The position numbers and the translations under genes are program-made. Of a stretch of DNA of 64,000 nt, positions 10,763-20,175 are shown one piece after another; within the stretch, counting starts at the first letter, position 1; every line of letters starts with the position of its first letter. Where the stretch lies: contig CALWBE010000052.1 of assembly GCA_944375955.1 (NCBI GenBank), positions 138 to 64,137 of the forward strand, read 5' to 3'. A model generated the notes under the pieces. The model was not told where the DNA came from. It saw only the letters and a program-made list of their open reading frames with translations, and searched no databases. This DNA is from an uncultured Clostridia bacterium (GTDB lineage: Bacteria; Bacillota; Clostridia; Oscillospirales; CAG-382).

Positions 10763-11917
10763 TTACAGTGATTTTGAATATACAAATTCACGGGCTACTT
10801 TGTCCGCCTCTAATATATCAGCAATAGAAGGCGTTTTAAGAGCCGGTATGCAGGAAAGAGCGTCAGAAATAAGTGCATATATTTCGCCAAATTTTATTTT
10901 GCCTTTCAAATACAGATCTACACAGGCTTCATTCGCCGAATTATATATGCACGTAGCTGTGCCTCCGATTTTTATAGCCTGCCTTGCAAGTGTTATGCCG
11001 GGAAAAATATCATTGTTAACCGGGTAAAAAGAAAGCGAAGAAAGTTTTGCAAAATCAAGTTCGGGTGTTAGAGCTTTCTTCTTTTCAGTACCGGTAAGAG
11101 CATATTGTATACACAGCCGCATGTCCGGGACAGCCAGTTGAGCGATAACAGAATTATCAATATATTGTACCATTGAATGTATAATGCTTTCACGGTGAAC
11201 TATAACTTCAATTTTGTCTGTAGGCATGTCAAACAGCCACATTGCTTCAATAAGCTCTAAGCCTTTGTTTACAAGAGAAGCGCTGTCGATTGTAATTTTA
11301 TTTCCCATGTGCCAGTTAGGATGCTTAAGCGCTGCAGAAGGCGGAGCGTTATATACAAAATCACGGTCTTTGCCGTAAAAAGGACCTCCTGAAGCGGTAA
11401 GAATCAATTTTGATATCTGATCCTTTCTATTTTTGCCTACATCTATACACTGATGAATGGCGCAATGCTCACTGTCGACAGGAAGAAGACGTACACCGGA
11501 TTTTTTAACTTCACTCATAACAATACAGCCAGCAGATACAAGAGTTTCCTTATTTGCAATAGCGATATTTTTTTTTGCTTTTATAGCTGTAAGTGTAGGA
11601 ATTAATCCGGCAAATCCTATAATTGAATTAAGCACGGTATCGGCACAAGTTTCGCCGGCGACATCGGCTGCACTATTTTCACCGGATAGAATTTTACAGT
11701 TTGTGTCTGCGACAGCAATTTTTAGTTTTTTTGCTGCTGACTCATCGCTTACAGCACAAATTGAAGGAGTAAATTTTCTTATTTGATCTTCAAGTGCCTT
11801 TATATTTGAGTGTGCACTTATTGCATCAACTGTAAGCCCAAGATGCTCCGCAACCTCAAGCGCCTGCATGCCTATTGAACCTGTTGAACCTAATATACAC
11901 AGCTTTTTATTTTCCAT
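10763..11917 (-). CDS. dxr: 1-deoxy-D-xylulose 5-phosphate reductoisomerase
   Basis: LGSTGSIG, ANKETLV, LPVDSEH and HPNWHMGNKITIDSA. Confidence 0.97.
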   Translation of the reverse strand: MENKKLCILGSTGSIGMQALEVAEHLGLTVDAISAHSNIKALEDQIRKFTPSICAVSDESAAKKLKIAVADTNCKILSGENSAADVAGETCADTVLNSIIGFAGLIPTLTAIKAKKNIAIANKETLVSAGCIVMSEVKKSGVRLLPVDSEHCAIHQCIDVGKNRKDQISKLILTASGGPFYGKDRDFVYNAPPSAALKHPNWHMGNKITIDSASLVNKGLELIEAMWLFDMPTDKIEVIVHRESIIHSMVQYIDNSVIAQLAVPDMRLCIQYALTGTEKKKALTPELDFAKLSSLSFYPVNNDIFPGITLARQAIKIGGTATCIYNSANEACVDLYLKGKIKFGEIYALISDALSCIPALKTPSIADILEADKVAREFVYSKSL

Positions 11918-11936
11918 TTTATGCCTCCGATAAGAG

Positions 11937-11970
11937 TATTTGAGAGAAATCCATGGATTTCTCTCAAATA
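11937..11970. repeat. Perfect 34-bp palindrome between cdsA and dxr
   Basis: TATTTGAGAGAAATCCA followed directly by its reverse complement TGGATTTCTCTCAAATA, with no spacer. Confidence 0.95.
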
Positions 11971-11971
11971 A

Positions 11972-12811
11972 CTATATTGTCTGATTAAAAATTGTAATAA
12001 AATCCGGATTGCCGGTAAGGATAAACAAAAACGGCGCTACGGCGAGGATACTGTCAAATCTATCAAGAATACCTCCGTGTCCTGGGAATATTTTGCCGTA
12101 ATCCTTTATATTATAATCTCTTTTTATGGCGGAAGCGGCAAGGTCGCCAAGCTGTGATATCATTGATATAAAAGCTCCTATAAGAGCAATCATAGGATAG
12201 TTAGGTTCAATATTTTCTATTTTTGAAACAAACATAGAGTAAAGAACGAAAGCCAGCGAGCAAAAAACAATGCCGCAAATGGAACCTTCTATTGTCTTTT
12301 TCGGACTTACTTTCGGGCAAAGTTTGTGCTTGCCGAAAAGAAAACCGCCAAAATAAGCAAAAATATCTGTTATCCATGCACCTATAAAAATAAGGAGATA
12401 GATATATTTCCCATATTCTTTTGAATCGCGCAGAAGAATAATGCAGGTAAAAGAGACTGTTATATATACAGATGTCATAAAAACAACTGCAATATCTTTA
12501 GTTGATATTTTACCGGACATAAAAACATGCGCATATAATAAATAAAACAGGAACATAAGAGTTATTGCGAGAAGAACTCCATATGCGGTTGCAAATCTCG
12601 TTTTAGCCAACAGGGGACCGGCAGCTGCATAGCAAAGAGCAGGAATGGACAGGGCGAAATGTTTTGCCTGCCCGGTACAAGCCAATACCTCATAAACACC
12701 GATTACTGAACATATAGCTGCAGCCGCGGGAAATATAAACGTATCTGAAAATATAATAACAGGAATCAGCACTGCCAAAAGAACTAATCCTGTAAATATG
12801 CGTTGTTTCAT
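11972..12811 (-). CDS. cdsA: Phosphatidate cytidylyltransferase
   Basis: SPKKTIEG and KDYGKIFPGHGGILDRFDS. Start moved to MKQRIF (12811), which has an AAAGGA RBS. Confidence 0.96.
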   Translation of the reverse strand: MKQRIFTGLVLLAVLIPVIIFSDTFIFPAAAAICSVIGVYEVLACTGQAKHFALSIPALCYAAAGPLLAKTRFATAYGVLLAITLMFLFYLLYAHVFMSGKISTKDIAVVFMTSVYITVSFTCIILLRDSKEYGKYIYLLIFIGAWITDIFAYFGGFLFGKHKLCPKVSPKKTIEGSICGIVFCSLAFVLYSMFVSKIENIEPNYPMIALIGAFISMISQLGDLAASAIKRDYNIKDYGKIFPGHGGILDRFDSILAVAPFLFILTGNPDFITIFNQTI

Positions 12812-12861
12812 AAAGAGTCCTTTCGCATAAAATCGCATTAAGGTTTAAATATTAAAGCTCA

Positions 12862-12891
12862 AAGCTTAAGCTTAAGCTTAAGCTTAAACTT
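12862..12891. repeat. Tandem repeat (AAGCTT)4 plus one degenerate copy
   Basis: AAGCTT AAGCTT AAGCTT AAGCTT AAACTT directly after the uppS stop codon. Confidence 0.95.
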
Positions 12892-13615
12892 AAAGTCCAC
12901 CAAATCTGCGGTTAGTTTTTGCGTATTTGGCAAAGGCTTTATAAAGATCTTTTTTCCCGAAGTCAGGCCAATATGTATCGGTAAAATAAAATTCGGAATA
13001 TGCAGCCTGCCACATTAAAAAATTGGAAAGACGCAACTCTCCGCCTGTACGGATAATAAGATCAGGATCTCCGACTTCGCATGTATACAGACGTGAAGCT
13101 ATATCATTTTCGGAAATATTTGTTTTGCCTTCACTAATCAGTTGATTTACTGCATGACATATTTCCGCTCTGGAGCCATAATTTACTGCAACATTTAAAT
13201 TATATCTTAAGTGAGCTGTTTTTTGTTCAGATGTATCCATTTTTTCGATCATTTTTTCAGAAAAAACAGATCTGTCACCTATTATTCTTAACCGAATACC
13301 TTTTTTCAGACACTTTTCCACACAAATATCAAGATACTCATCCAACAACTTCAAGATATATTTTACTTCGGATTCAGGGCGTTTCCAGTTTTCAGTTGAA
13401 AATGCGTATGTTGTAACTGTGTTTACGCCTGCGGTAAAACACATTTCAATAACGTCCTCAAAGGTTTTTACCCCTTTGCTGTGACCGGCAGTTCTTGGAA
13501 GCCCTCTTTTTTTGGCCCATCTTCCGTTGCCATCCATAATTATAGCGACATGTCCCGGTATTATCTCCGGGAGCATGTGCTCATTTAAGTGATTTTTAGC
13601 GGAAAAAATACCCAT
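12890..13615 (-). CDS. uppS: Undecaprenyl diphosphate synthase
   Basis: HVAIIMDGNGRWA, YAFSTENWKRP and RTGGELRLSNFLMWQ. Confidence 0.97.
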   Translation of the reverse strand: MGIFSAKNHLNEHMLPEIIPGHVAIIMDGNGRWAKKRGLPRTAGHSKGVKTFEDVIEMCFTAGVNTVTTYAFSTENWKRPESEVKYILKLLDEYLDICVEKCLKKGIRLRIIGDRSVFSEKMIEKMDTSEQKTAHLRYNLNVAVNYGSRAEICHAVNQLISEGKTNISENDIASRLYTCEVGDPDLIIRTGGELRLSNFLMWQAAYSEFYFTDTYWPDFGKKDLYKAFAKYAKTNRRFGGL

Positions 13616-13616
13616 G

Positions 13617-14171
13617 TCAGATAGCCATTATTTCCTTATTTTTTTTGTCAGTAACTGAGTCAACTTCCTTAATATATTTTTCGGTAATGTCCTGAACGTT
13701 TTTCTCAGAGATTTTCAATTCATCTTCGGTCATTTCCTTTTTCTTAGACAAATCTTTTGCTTTGTCATTTGCCTCACGCCTAATATTTCGCATAGCAATT
13801 TTAGCGTTTTCTGCAAGCTTTGCAGTTTGTTTTGTAAGCTCACGTCTGCGCTCTTCAGTAGGCTGTGGAAAAGCTATTCTTATGATTTTTCCGTCATTTT
13901 GAGGTACAAGACCAATATCAGCCACCTGGATCGCCTTTTCTATTGCTTTTAAAAGCGATGCGTCATACGGCTGAATAACTATTGTTCTGGCATCAGCAAC
14001 TTTTATCATTGCAACCTGGTTGACCGGAGTTTCAGCACCATAACAGTCAACAGTGATACGGTCAAGTACTTGGGGATTAGCTCTGCCGGCACTGATAGTG
14101 CCGAGTTCTGACTCATATGCCGAAAGGCTCTTTTTCATTTTTTCTTCGTATTCCTTAGTATTTAGTACCAT
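13617..14171 (-). CDS. frr: Ribosome recycling factor
   Basis: AGRANP, PQNDG and TEERRREL...RNIRR; position after pyrH. Confidence 0.96.
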   Translation of the reverse strand: MVLNTKEYEEKMKKSLSAYESELGTISAGRANPQVLDRITVDCYGAETPVNQVAMIKVADARTIVIQPYDASLLKAIEKAIQVADIGLVPQNDGKIIRIAFPQPTEERRRELTKQTAKLAENAKIAMRNIRREANDKAKDLSKKKEMTEDELKISEKNVQDITEKYIKEVDSVTDKKNKEIMAI

Positions 14172-14194
14172 AACTTTTACTCCTTTATTTTTTA

Positions 14195-14902
14195 TTAAAA
14201 GTTTTTAACAACAGTTCCTACACTTTCGCCTGAAACGGCATGAACAATATTTTCCGGATTGTCAAGACCGAAAATTAAAATCGGAAGATTATTTTCTCTG
14301 CCCATTGCTGCGGCAGTACTGTCTATAACCTTAAGGTCATTTTTTATAATATCGTTATAGCTTATGCAATCAAGTTTCTTTGCATTCGGAACTTTTTTAG
14401 GATCTGCAGTATATACGCCGTCGATATTTTTAGCAAACAATGCGACGTCAGCGTCAAGTTCTACCGCTCGCAGTACTGCTGCAGTATCAGTAGAGAAAAA
14501 CGGACTTCCGGTTCCGCAAGCTATAATTACGACCTTGCCGTTTTTTAGATATTCGTCAGCTTTATCCCTTACGTACACTTCTGCTATCTGTTGCATCGGA
14601 ACAGCAGTCATTGTAACTGCTTTAAGTCCCGAGTTTTCGATGCTTGTTGCGATTGCAAGAGAATTTATAACAGTTGCAAGCATTCCTATATGATCTGAAC
14701 GTGTGCGGCTTATCTGAGTACCGGTTTTGCCTCTCCAGATATTTCCTCCGCCGACAACTATTGCAACTTGCACTCCCATATCAACGCATTTTTTTATTTT
14801 TTCAGCAACTTCTGCTATGATTTCAAAGTTTATTATACTTTCTGTGCCTTTTGAAAGAGCTTCGCCTGAAAGTTTTAATAAAACCCGTTTATACTCTGGC
14901 AT
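14195..14902 (-). CDS. pyrH: UMP kinase
   Basis: RVLLKLSGEAL, GGGNIWRG and PFFSTDT. Start set at MPEYK, which follows an AAAGG RBS. Confidence 0.97.
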   Translation of the reverse strand: MPEYKRVLLKLSGEALSKGTESIINFEIIAEVAEKIKKCVDMGVQVAIVVGGGNIWRGKTGTQISRTRSDHIGMLATVINSLAIATSIENSGLKAVTMTAVPMQQIAEVYVRDKADEYLKNGKVVIIACGTGSPFFSTDTAAVLRAVELDADVALFAKNIDGVYTADPKKVPNAKKLDCISYNDIIKNDLKVIDSTAAAMGRENNLPILIFGLDNPENIVHAVSGESVGTVVKNF

Positions 14903-14950
14903 AAAATTTGTTCCTTTCAATAACCAATATATTTTAACGAGATAGGATTT

Positions 14951-15883
14951 TTAATTTTCAAGGATAAAATCCAAAACCTCTTTTTCGGTTGGTAGCGACG
15001 GAAATGCTCCGTATTTAGTAACGGTCAGAGCACCGACGGCATTGGCATATTTGCATGCGCTTCTTATGTCACCGCCGGAACGCAGATATTCATAGGTAAG
15101 AGCGGCGGTAAATGCATCGCCTGCTGCCGTAGAATCTATTGCTTGGACACGATATGACGGAAACGCTTCGCCCATACGACCGTCATATACATAGCAGCCA
15201 CGTTCCCCAAGTTTTAAAACTATATATTTTACATCAAGCTTTGAATATAGATCCAAACAAATTTTTATATAACTTTCGGGGTCACAAGGCCGTATTCCGG
15301 TGTAAGCAAAGGCTTCACTCTCATTAGGCGAGAAGATTTCCACCTTGCCGAGATTTGAGAGATCGAAATCCGGAATAACAGGTCCGCCGTCTATAAAAAC
15401 CGGAACTTCAGATGCATTTGCCTGTTGAACGGCAAATATAACGCTTTCTTTTGTGATTTCAAACTGTGTAAGCAATGCATCTGGATATGATGTAAAAGCC
15501 TCTTCTATATCGTCAGTGCACATTGAGTGATTAGCACCGGGAAAAACCGTAATTCTGTTTGAGCCGTTACTCTCAACAAATATTGAAGCAAGACCGGTAT
15601 TTTTTTCTTTGTCGGATGCTACGTACCTTGTGTCTATCTTTTCACGTGCGTAAGAGTTTACAAGCATTTTTCCATATGTGTCATTTCCAACGCGGGTACA
15701 AAATACTACATCGGCACCGAGACGCGCAGCGGCAACTGCCGAGTTGGCACCTTTTCCGCCAGGCACAAAAGAATACGAGCCATTGGAAATAATAGTTTCT
15801 CCGGACGATGGAATATGATCGACCGACGCAACAAAATCAATATTTGAGCTTCCTACAACAAGAATTCTTGGTCTGGGCGGCAT
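14951..15883 (-). CDS. rbsK: Ribokinase (PfkB family)
   Basis: VVGSSNID, GGKGANSAVAAARLG and DSTAAGDAF. Confidence 0.88.
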   Translation of the reverse strand: MPPRPRILVVGSSNIDFVASVDHIPSSGETIISNGSYSFVPGGKGANSAVAAARLGADVVFCTRVGNDTYGKMLVNSYAREKIDTRYVASDKEKNTGLASIFVESNGSNRITVFPGANHSMCTDDIEEAFTSYPDALLTQFEITKESVIFAVQQANASEVPVFIDGGPVIPDFDLSNLGKVEIFSPNESEAFAYTGIRPCDPESYIKICLDLYSKLDVKYIVLKLGERGCYVYDGRMGEAFPSYRVQAIDSTAAGDAFTAALTYEYLRSGGDIRSACKYANAVGALTVTKYGAFPSLPTEKEVLDFILEN

Positions 15884-15925
15884 TATAATATCAGTCCCTT
15901 CATAATGAATATTATATTTAGAATT

Positions 15926-15954
15926 ATTATATACGAAAATTTTCCATATGTCAA
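15926..15954 (-). promoter_or_regulatory. Perfect sigma-A consensus promoter for the rbsK-pyrH-...-polC run
   Basis: Minus strand reads TTGACA-17 nt-TATAAT. Confidence 0.85.
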
Positions 15955-15983
15955 ATATAAATAGTTAATTTAGCAATTTTTTA

Positions 15984-16012
15984 TTGACATTGTAAAAATC
16001 AAATGTTATTAT
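15984..16012 (+). promoter_or_regulatory. Sigma-A promoter for the nucleoside hydrolase
   Basis: TTGACA-17 nt-TATTAT with a TG extension. Confidence 0.75.
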
Positions 16013-16077
16013 TGCTTGTATAAATAGCAAGCAGTTATTGGATTATGTTTTTATTAATAAAGGGGGAATTTTTTACG

Positions 16078-16986
16078 ATGTCAGAAAAAATGTCAAAAAG
16101 GCTGCAGGTGCCTGATCACCCTGTAGATGTGATTTTGGATACTGACGCTTATAATGAAATTGACGATCAGTTTGCCATCTCATATCTTATTCGTTCTTCA
16201 GAAAAGTTGAATACAAAAGCAATATATGCTGCGCCTTTTTATAATTCAAAATCTTCAAGTCCTGCTGACGGGATGGAGAAAAGCTACGATGAAATACAGA
16301 AACTACTTAAAATTATCGGAAAAAAAATAAATGTATATAAAGGTTCAAGAAATTATTTGCCTGATGAAACGAGCTTTGTAGATTCCGAAGCGGCACGCGA
16401 TTTGGTGCAAAGAGCGCGAGAGTATACGAGCGAAAATCCGCTATATGTTGTCGCGATAGGGGCTATTACAAATATTGCATCAGCTCTTATTATTGATCCA
16501 GATATTGCAAGTAATATTGTTGTTATATGGCTGGGAGGGAATTCTTTAGATTATTGTGATACCAAAGAATTTAATATGTGGCAGGACGTTGCCGCGGCAA
16601 GAGTTGTCATGAGCAGCAAGGCGCCATTTGTTCAGCTGCCGTGTATGGGAGTGGTAAGTGAATTTAGAATTTCGGGTCCGGAACTTTCAAAATGGCTGAT
16701 AGGGAAAGGGGAGCTTGTAGATTATCTTGCTTCAAATACTTTTGAAGAAGTTGCGAGTTATTGCGACAGTGATATCTGGACAAGAGTAATATGGGACGTT
16801 ACGGCAGTTGCTTGGTTACTTAATGATAATGAATGTTTTATGTGTTCGCGTATAGCAAATACCAGATTGCCCGGTTATAATGGAGTATATTCGGAAGACG
16901 AAGACGAGAAAGAAATGTGTTATGTTTATTATATTAAACGTGATGAGCTGATGCGCGATTTAATAAAAAAAATAACAAATGAGTAA
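16078..16986 (+). CDS. Nucleoside hydrolase (IU-NH family)
   Basis: ILDTDAYNEIDDQFA, IGAITNIA, EFN and IWDV motifs. Start probably MSEK after a GGGGG RBS. Confidence 0.9.
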   Translation: MSEKMSKRLQVPDHPVDVILDTDAYNEIDDQFAISYLIRSSEKLNTKAIYAAPFYNSKSSSPADGMEKSYDEIQKLLKIIGKKINVYKGSRNYLPDETSFVDSEAARDLVQRAREYTSENPLYVVAIGAITNIASALIIDPDIASNIVVIWLGGNSLDYCDTKEFNMWQDVAAARVVMSSKAPFVQLPCMGVVSEFRISGPELSKWLIGKGELVDYLASNTFEEVASYCDSDIWTRVIWDVTAVAWLLNDNECFMCSRIANTRLPGYNGVYSEDEDEKEMCYVYYIKRDELMRDLIKKITNE

Positions 16987-17001
16987 ATTTTAAAGATATA
17001 T

Positions 17002-17037
17002 AAAAACCGGCAAGCGGATTAACGCCTGCCGGATTTT
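17002..17037. terminator. Bidirectional terminator
   Basis: AAAAACCGGCAAGCG ... CGCCTGCCGGATTTT between convergent genes. Confidence 0.78.
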
Positions 17038-17048
17038 ATATATAGCGG

Positions 17049-18644
17049 TTATTTTATTATATCTGAAACAGGAAGTTCAAACCAGAAGGTACTGCCCGAT
17101 GCGCTATCTGATATTACGCCGTATTTTGCCTTATGAAGTTCAAGAATTGATTTTACTATTGACAGACCTATTCCGCTTCCTACCTGCGAACGTTTATGAG
17201 TGTTGTCTATTTTATAATATCTGTCCCAGATACTCGGAAGCTTTTCTTTTGGTATTCCGCTTCCGTGATCTGTAAATTCAAGCCTTACTTTTCCGGCGTT
17301 GACTTTTTGCTCAATTAAAATTTCACGGCTTTCACCCGAATAGTTTACTGCGTTTGTCAGGAAGTTGTAAATAACTTGAGTTATTTTTGTCTCGTCAGCT
17401 TTTACAAAGACATTTCTGTCACAGCTAAATTTAAAATCAAAACTGTCTTTTTCAGTAAGCTTGCGCATTCTTTCAACAATATCTTCAACAAGTTTTGTAA
17501 GATTGAATTCTGAAAGTTCAAGTTTTGTTTTACCGCTTTGAAGTTTTGATAAATCAAGCATATCGTTTACAAGGTTTGTAAGCCTTGATGCTTCGTCTAT
17601 TATAACTTGAATATTTTCCGGAGTATTTTCTCCCGGCAAATCTCGCATAACCTCAGCGTATCCTATTATCATTGTTAAAGGAGTACGCAGATCATGGGAT
17701 GTGTTAGCTATAAGTTCACGCTTTAAACTGTCTGATTGTTTTAATTCTCTTGCCGTAAAATTGAGGGTATCGGCGAGCTGTGATACTTCAAGATATCCAT
17801 CCCCGTGAAATTCAGTGTCATAATTTCCTGCCGCAAGCTTTTTTGCTGACTGATTTATATCCGTGATTGGGCGCGAGATTTTTTTTGAAAGCTTTTTAGC
17901 TGATAGTGCAGCTATTATAAGTATAATTATCGACTGAATGATCAGCTGAATTTTTAACGTTCTTACCGTAGTATGAACAGGGGTAATTATACTGTCGAAA
18001 AGCAGTAAATATTCATGCCCATTATTGCTATTCACTATTTTTGCAAACAACAGTTCCTGAGTGATTCCAAATTTAAAAAATGGCGGTATACCGTGTTTAA
18101 CGCTTTGTTTAGACTCAACTTTTGGGAACTCATCATCATTCCATTCAGCAAAATCATTTTCACTGTTTTCGTTCTCTTTGTCTGATATGACAGACATAGT
18201 ATAAGCTCCGCGCTGATAATGCTGGAGAAATTCTCCTTCATTTTCGGCAGCCGACTTATATATTTGAAAAAGCTGAAATCCGCTTAACATGTCTAAAACG
18301 TTGTCCTGAGTGGCAATAACTGAAAACACAGGGCTAAAGGATTCCGTTGAAGTAGATGACGTGGAGTCTATGACAGTTACAGATATTTCATTTTCAACGG
18401 CTAAATTGTTTATTGTCTGATGCAAACTTTTCAAACTTGTGCTGTCAAGTTTTTCAAGCGATGTAGCTATGACGTTAGCTGTATCTTTTAGAGACTGAGT
18501 CTTGATCTGCTTGTAAAAACTTTCCAAAAGTATAGACTGAAACAGCCATAGTAAGGCAATTAGAATAATTGCAAAAATCATAAAAGCAAGAAAAATTCTG
18601 TCTTTCAGTCTTTTCTGGTGTGTTTCACTTGTCCGCCGCTTCAA
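17049..18644 (-). CDS. Membrane sensor histidine kinase (HAMP-HisKA-HATPase)
   Basis: Two TM segments, SHDLRTPLT, NFLTNAVNY, DHGSGI and GSGIGLSIVK. Confidence 0.95.
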   Translation of the reverse strand: MKRRTSETHQKRLKDRIFLAFMIFAIILIALLWLFQSILLESFYKQIKTQSLKDTANVIATSLEKLDSTSLKSLHQTINNLAVENEISVTVIDSTSSTSTESFSPVFSVIATQDNVLDMLSGFQLFQIYKSAAENEGEFLQHYQRGAYTMSVISDKENENSENDFAEWNDDEFPKVESKQSVKHGIPPFFKFGITQELLFAKIVNSNNGHEYLLLFDSIITPVHTTVRTLKIQLIIQSIIILIIAALSAKKLSKKISRPITDINQSAKKLAAGNYDTEFHGDGYLEVSQLADTLNFTARELKQSDSLKRELIANTSHDLRTPLTMIIGYAEVMRDLPGENTPENIQVIIDEASRLTNLVNDMLDLSKLQSGKTKLELSEFNLTKLVEDIVERMRKLTEKDSFDFKFSCDRNVFVKADETKITQVIYNFLTNAVNYSGESREILIEQKVNAGKVRLEFTDHGSGIPKEKLPSIWDRYYKIDNTHKRSQVGSGIGLSIVKSILELHKAKYGVISDSASGSTFWFELPVSDIIK

Positions 18645-19296
18645 AACGATATCCTACTCCTCTCAGTGTAACTATATAAGAACTGTATTCCCTGAGGTTT
18701 TTTCGAAGAAGTTTTATATGCGTGTCAAGTGTGCGGTCGTCGCCAAAGAAATCATACCCCCATACGTTGCTGATAAGTTTTTCTCGTGTCAGAGCTATTC
18801 CCCGATTTTTTACAAGATAAAAAAGCAAATCGTATTCTTTAGGAGTAAGGTCTATGCTTTTACCGGCGATTGTAACCATCCTTCCGGTAAAATCAATGCA
18901 TAAGTCACCAATTTTAACAATATCCGATTCTGTTTTTGTGGCGCGTTTAATAATTGCTGCAACTCTAAGCATGAGTTCTTTTGGAGAAAAAGGCTTTACA
19001 ACATAATCATCAACACCCACTTCAAACCCGTGAATCTTGTCATACTCCTCACCGCGTGCTGAAAGCATAATTACAGGAGTCGAACTCTTTTTTCTTATTT
19101 CACGGCATACCGAAAATCCATCGAGATCAGGCATCATGATGTCGAGAATTATGATATCAAAATCTTTATCACGACAAATGTTTATTGCCTCAAGACCGCC
19201 GGAGGCCTCTGTTACTTCATGACCTTCAAATTCGGCATATTTTTTAATTATTTCCCTAATTTTTGTTTCGTCATCGACTACAAGCAATTTACTCAA
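18625..19296 (-). CDS. OmpR-family response regulator
   Basis: VVDDE, LDIMMP, KPFSP and the winged-helix DRTLDTHIKLLR...RGVGYRF. Confidence 0.96.
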   Translation of the reverse strand: MSKLLVVDDETKIREIIKKYAEFEGHEVTEASGGLEAINICRDKDFDIIILDIMMPDLDGFSVCREIRKKSSTPVIMLSARGEEYDKIHGFEVGVDDYVVKPFSPKELMLRVAAIIKRATKTESDIVKIGDLCIDFTGRMVTIAGKSIDLTPKEYDLLFYLVKNRGIALTREKLISNVWGYDFFGDDRTLDTHIKLLRKNLREYSSYIVTLRGVGYRFEAADK

Positions 19297-19346
19297 ATCA
19301 CATTACCTCCAGCATAGTTTAGATAACAGGGTTATTTTATTCCGAT

Positions 19347-19365
19347 AATGTGAATTCAATGTGAA
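19347..19365 (-). promoter_or_regulatory. Candidate OmpR-family autoregulatory direct repeat
   Basis: Minus strand TTCACATT-N3-TTCACATT (11-bp period), about 50 nt upstream of the response regulator. Confidence 0.6.
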
Positions 19366-19485
19366 ATACTAATGAAAGATTGAGAAAAAAATAAAAAAAG
19401 AGAAAAAAATTGAAAAAACATCTTTTAAGTCGGAGTATTTTATGATATACTAATTTATTGAAAAGAAAAAACTCAAATTATAAGG

Positions 19486-20175
19486 ATGGGAACGGCCGTG
19501 GCAAATAAAAACAAACTGTTTTCCAGTGCTGTAGGCGGATTTAAAAAATCGCAGGTAGTAGAATATATAGAAGAGCTGAACCGCAAAGCGAAACTGATGT
19601 CAGAACAGTCGGGATTTGAGATATCTCGTCTTGAAGCAGAGCTTCATGGTTTTGAGGAAAAGAACGACAGTATGAAAAAACAGATAGAAAATCTTGAAAA
19701 CGAGATAGAGAATCTGAAAGCTATTGAAAGCGAGAACGCAATGCTGAAAGACGATGTAGAAAATCAGCGTGCGGTTATAGAATCACTTAAAAGAGAAAAT
19801 GATGAGCTTGCATCAAAGCTTTTCATTTTAGAAAAGGATTACAATGCAAATAAAGCTAAAGCCGAGCAGTTCGAAGCTGACAAAAAAAATGCAGGCGGTT
19901 TGCTTGAACGCGCAAAAGCCGAATCAGCACGAATAATTGCAAACGCTAACGCAGAGTCGGCGGAGATAGCCGAGAAGGCAAGAAACTCAGCACGAGAAGC
20001 GGCAGAAAAGATAACAGCCGAGAGCGAGCGTTTGCTTGCCGAGAATATTAGAAAAGTAAAGTATCTTTATAAGCGCCGTGACGAGCTTTTGTCGGCTTTT
20101 GAAAAAGTAAAAGATGCGGCAGGAGGATTTTACGAAAAAATTGCAAGCACACTGTCAAAAGATATAGATGAATGA
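19486..20175 (+). CDS. DivIVA-like coiled-coil protein
   Basis: N-terminal FSSAVGGFKKSQVVEYI resembles the DivIVA motif; followed by a long coiled coil. Confidence 0.65.
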   Translation: MGTAVANKNKLFSSAVGGFKKSQVVEYIEELNRKAKLMSEQSGFEISRLEAELHGFEEKNDSMKKQIENLENEIENLKAIESENAMLKDDVENQRAVIESLKRENDELASKLFILEKDYNANKAKAEQFEADKKNAGGLLERAKAESARIIANANAESAEIAEKARNSAREAAEKITAESERLLAENIRKVKYLYKRRDELLSAFEKVKDAAGGFYEKIASTLSKDIDE

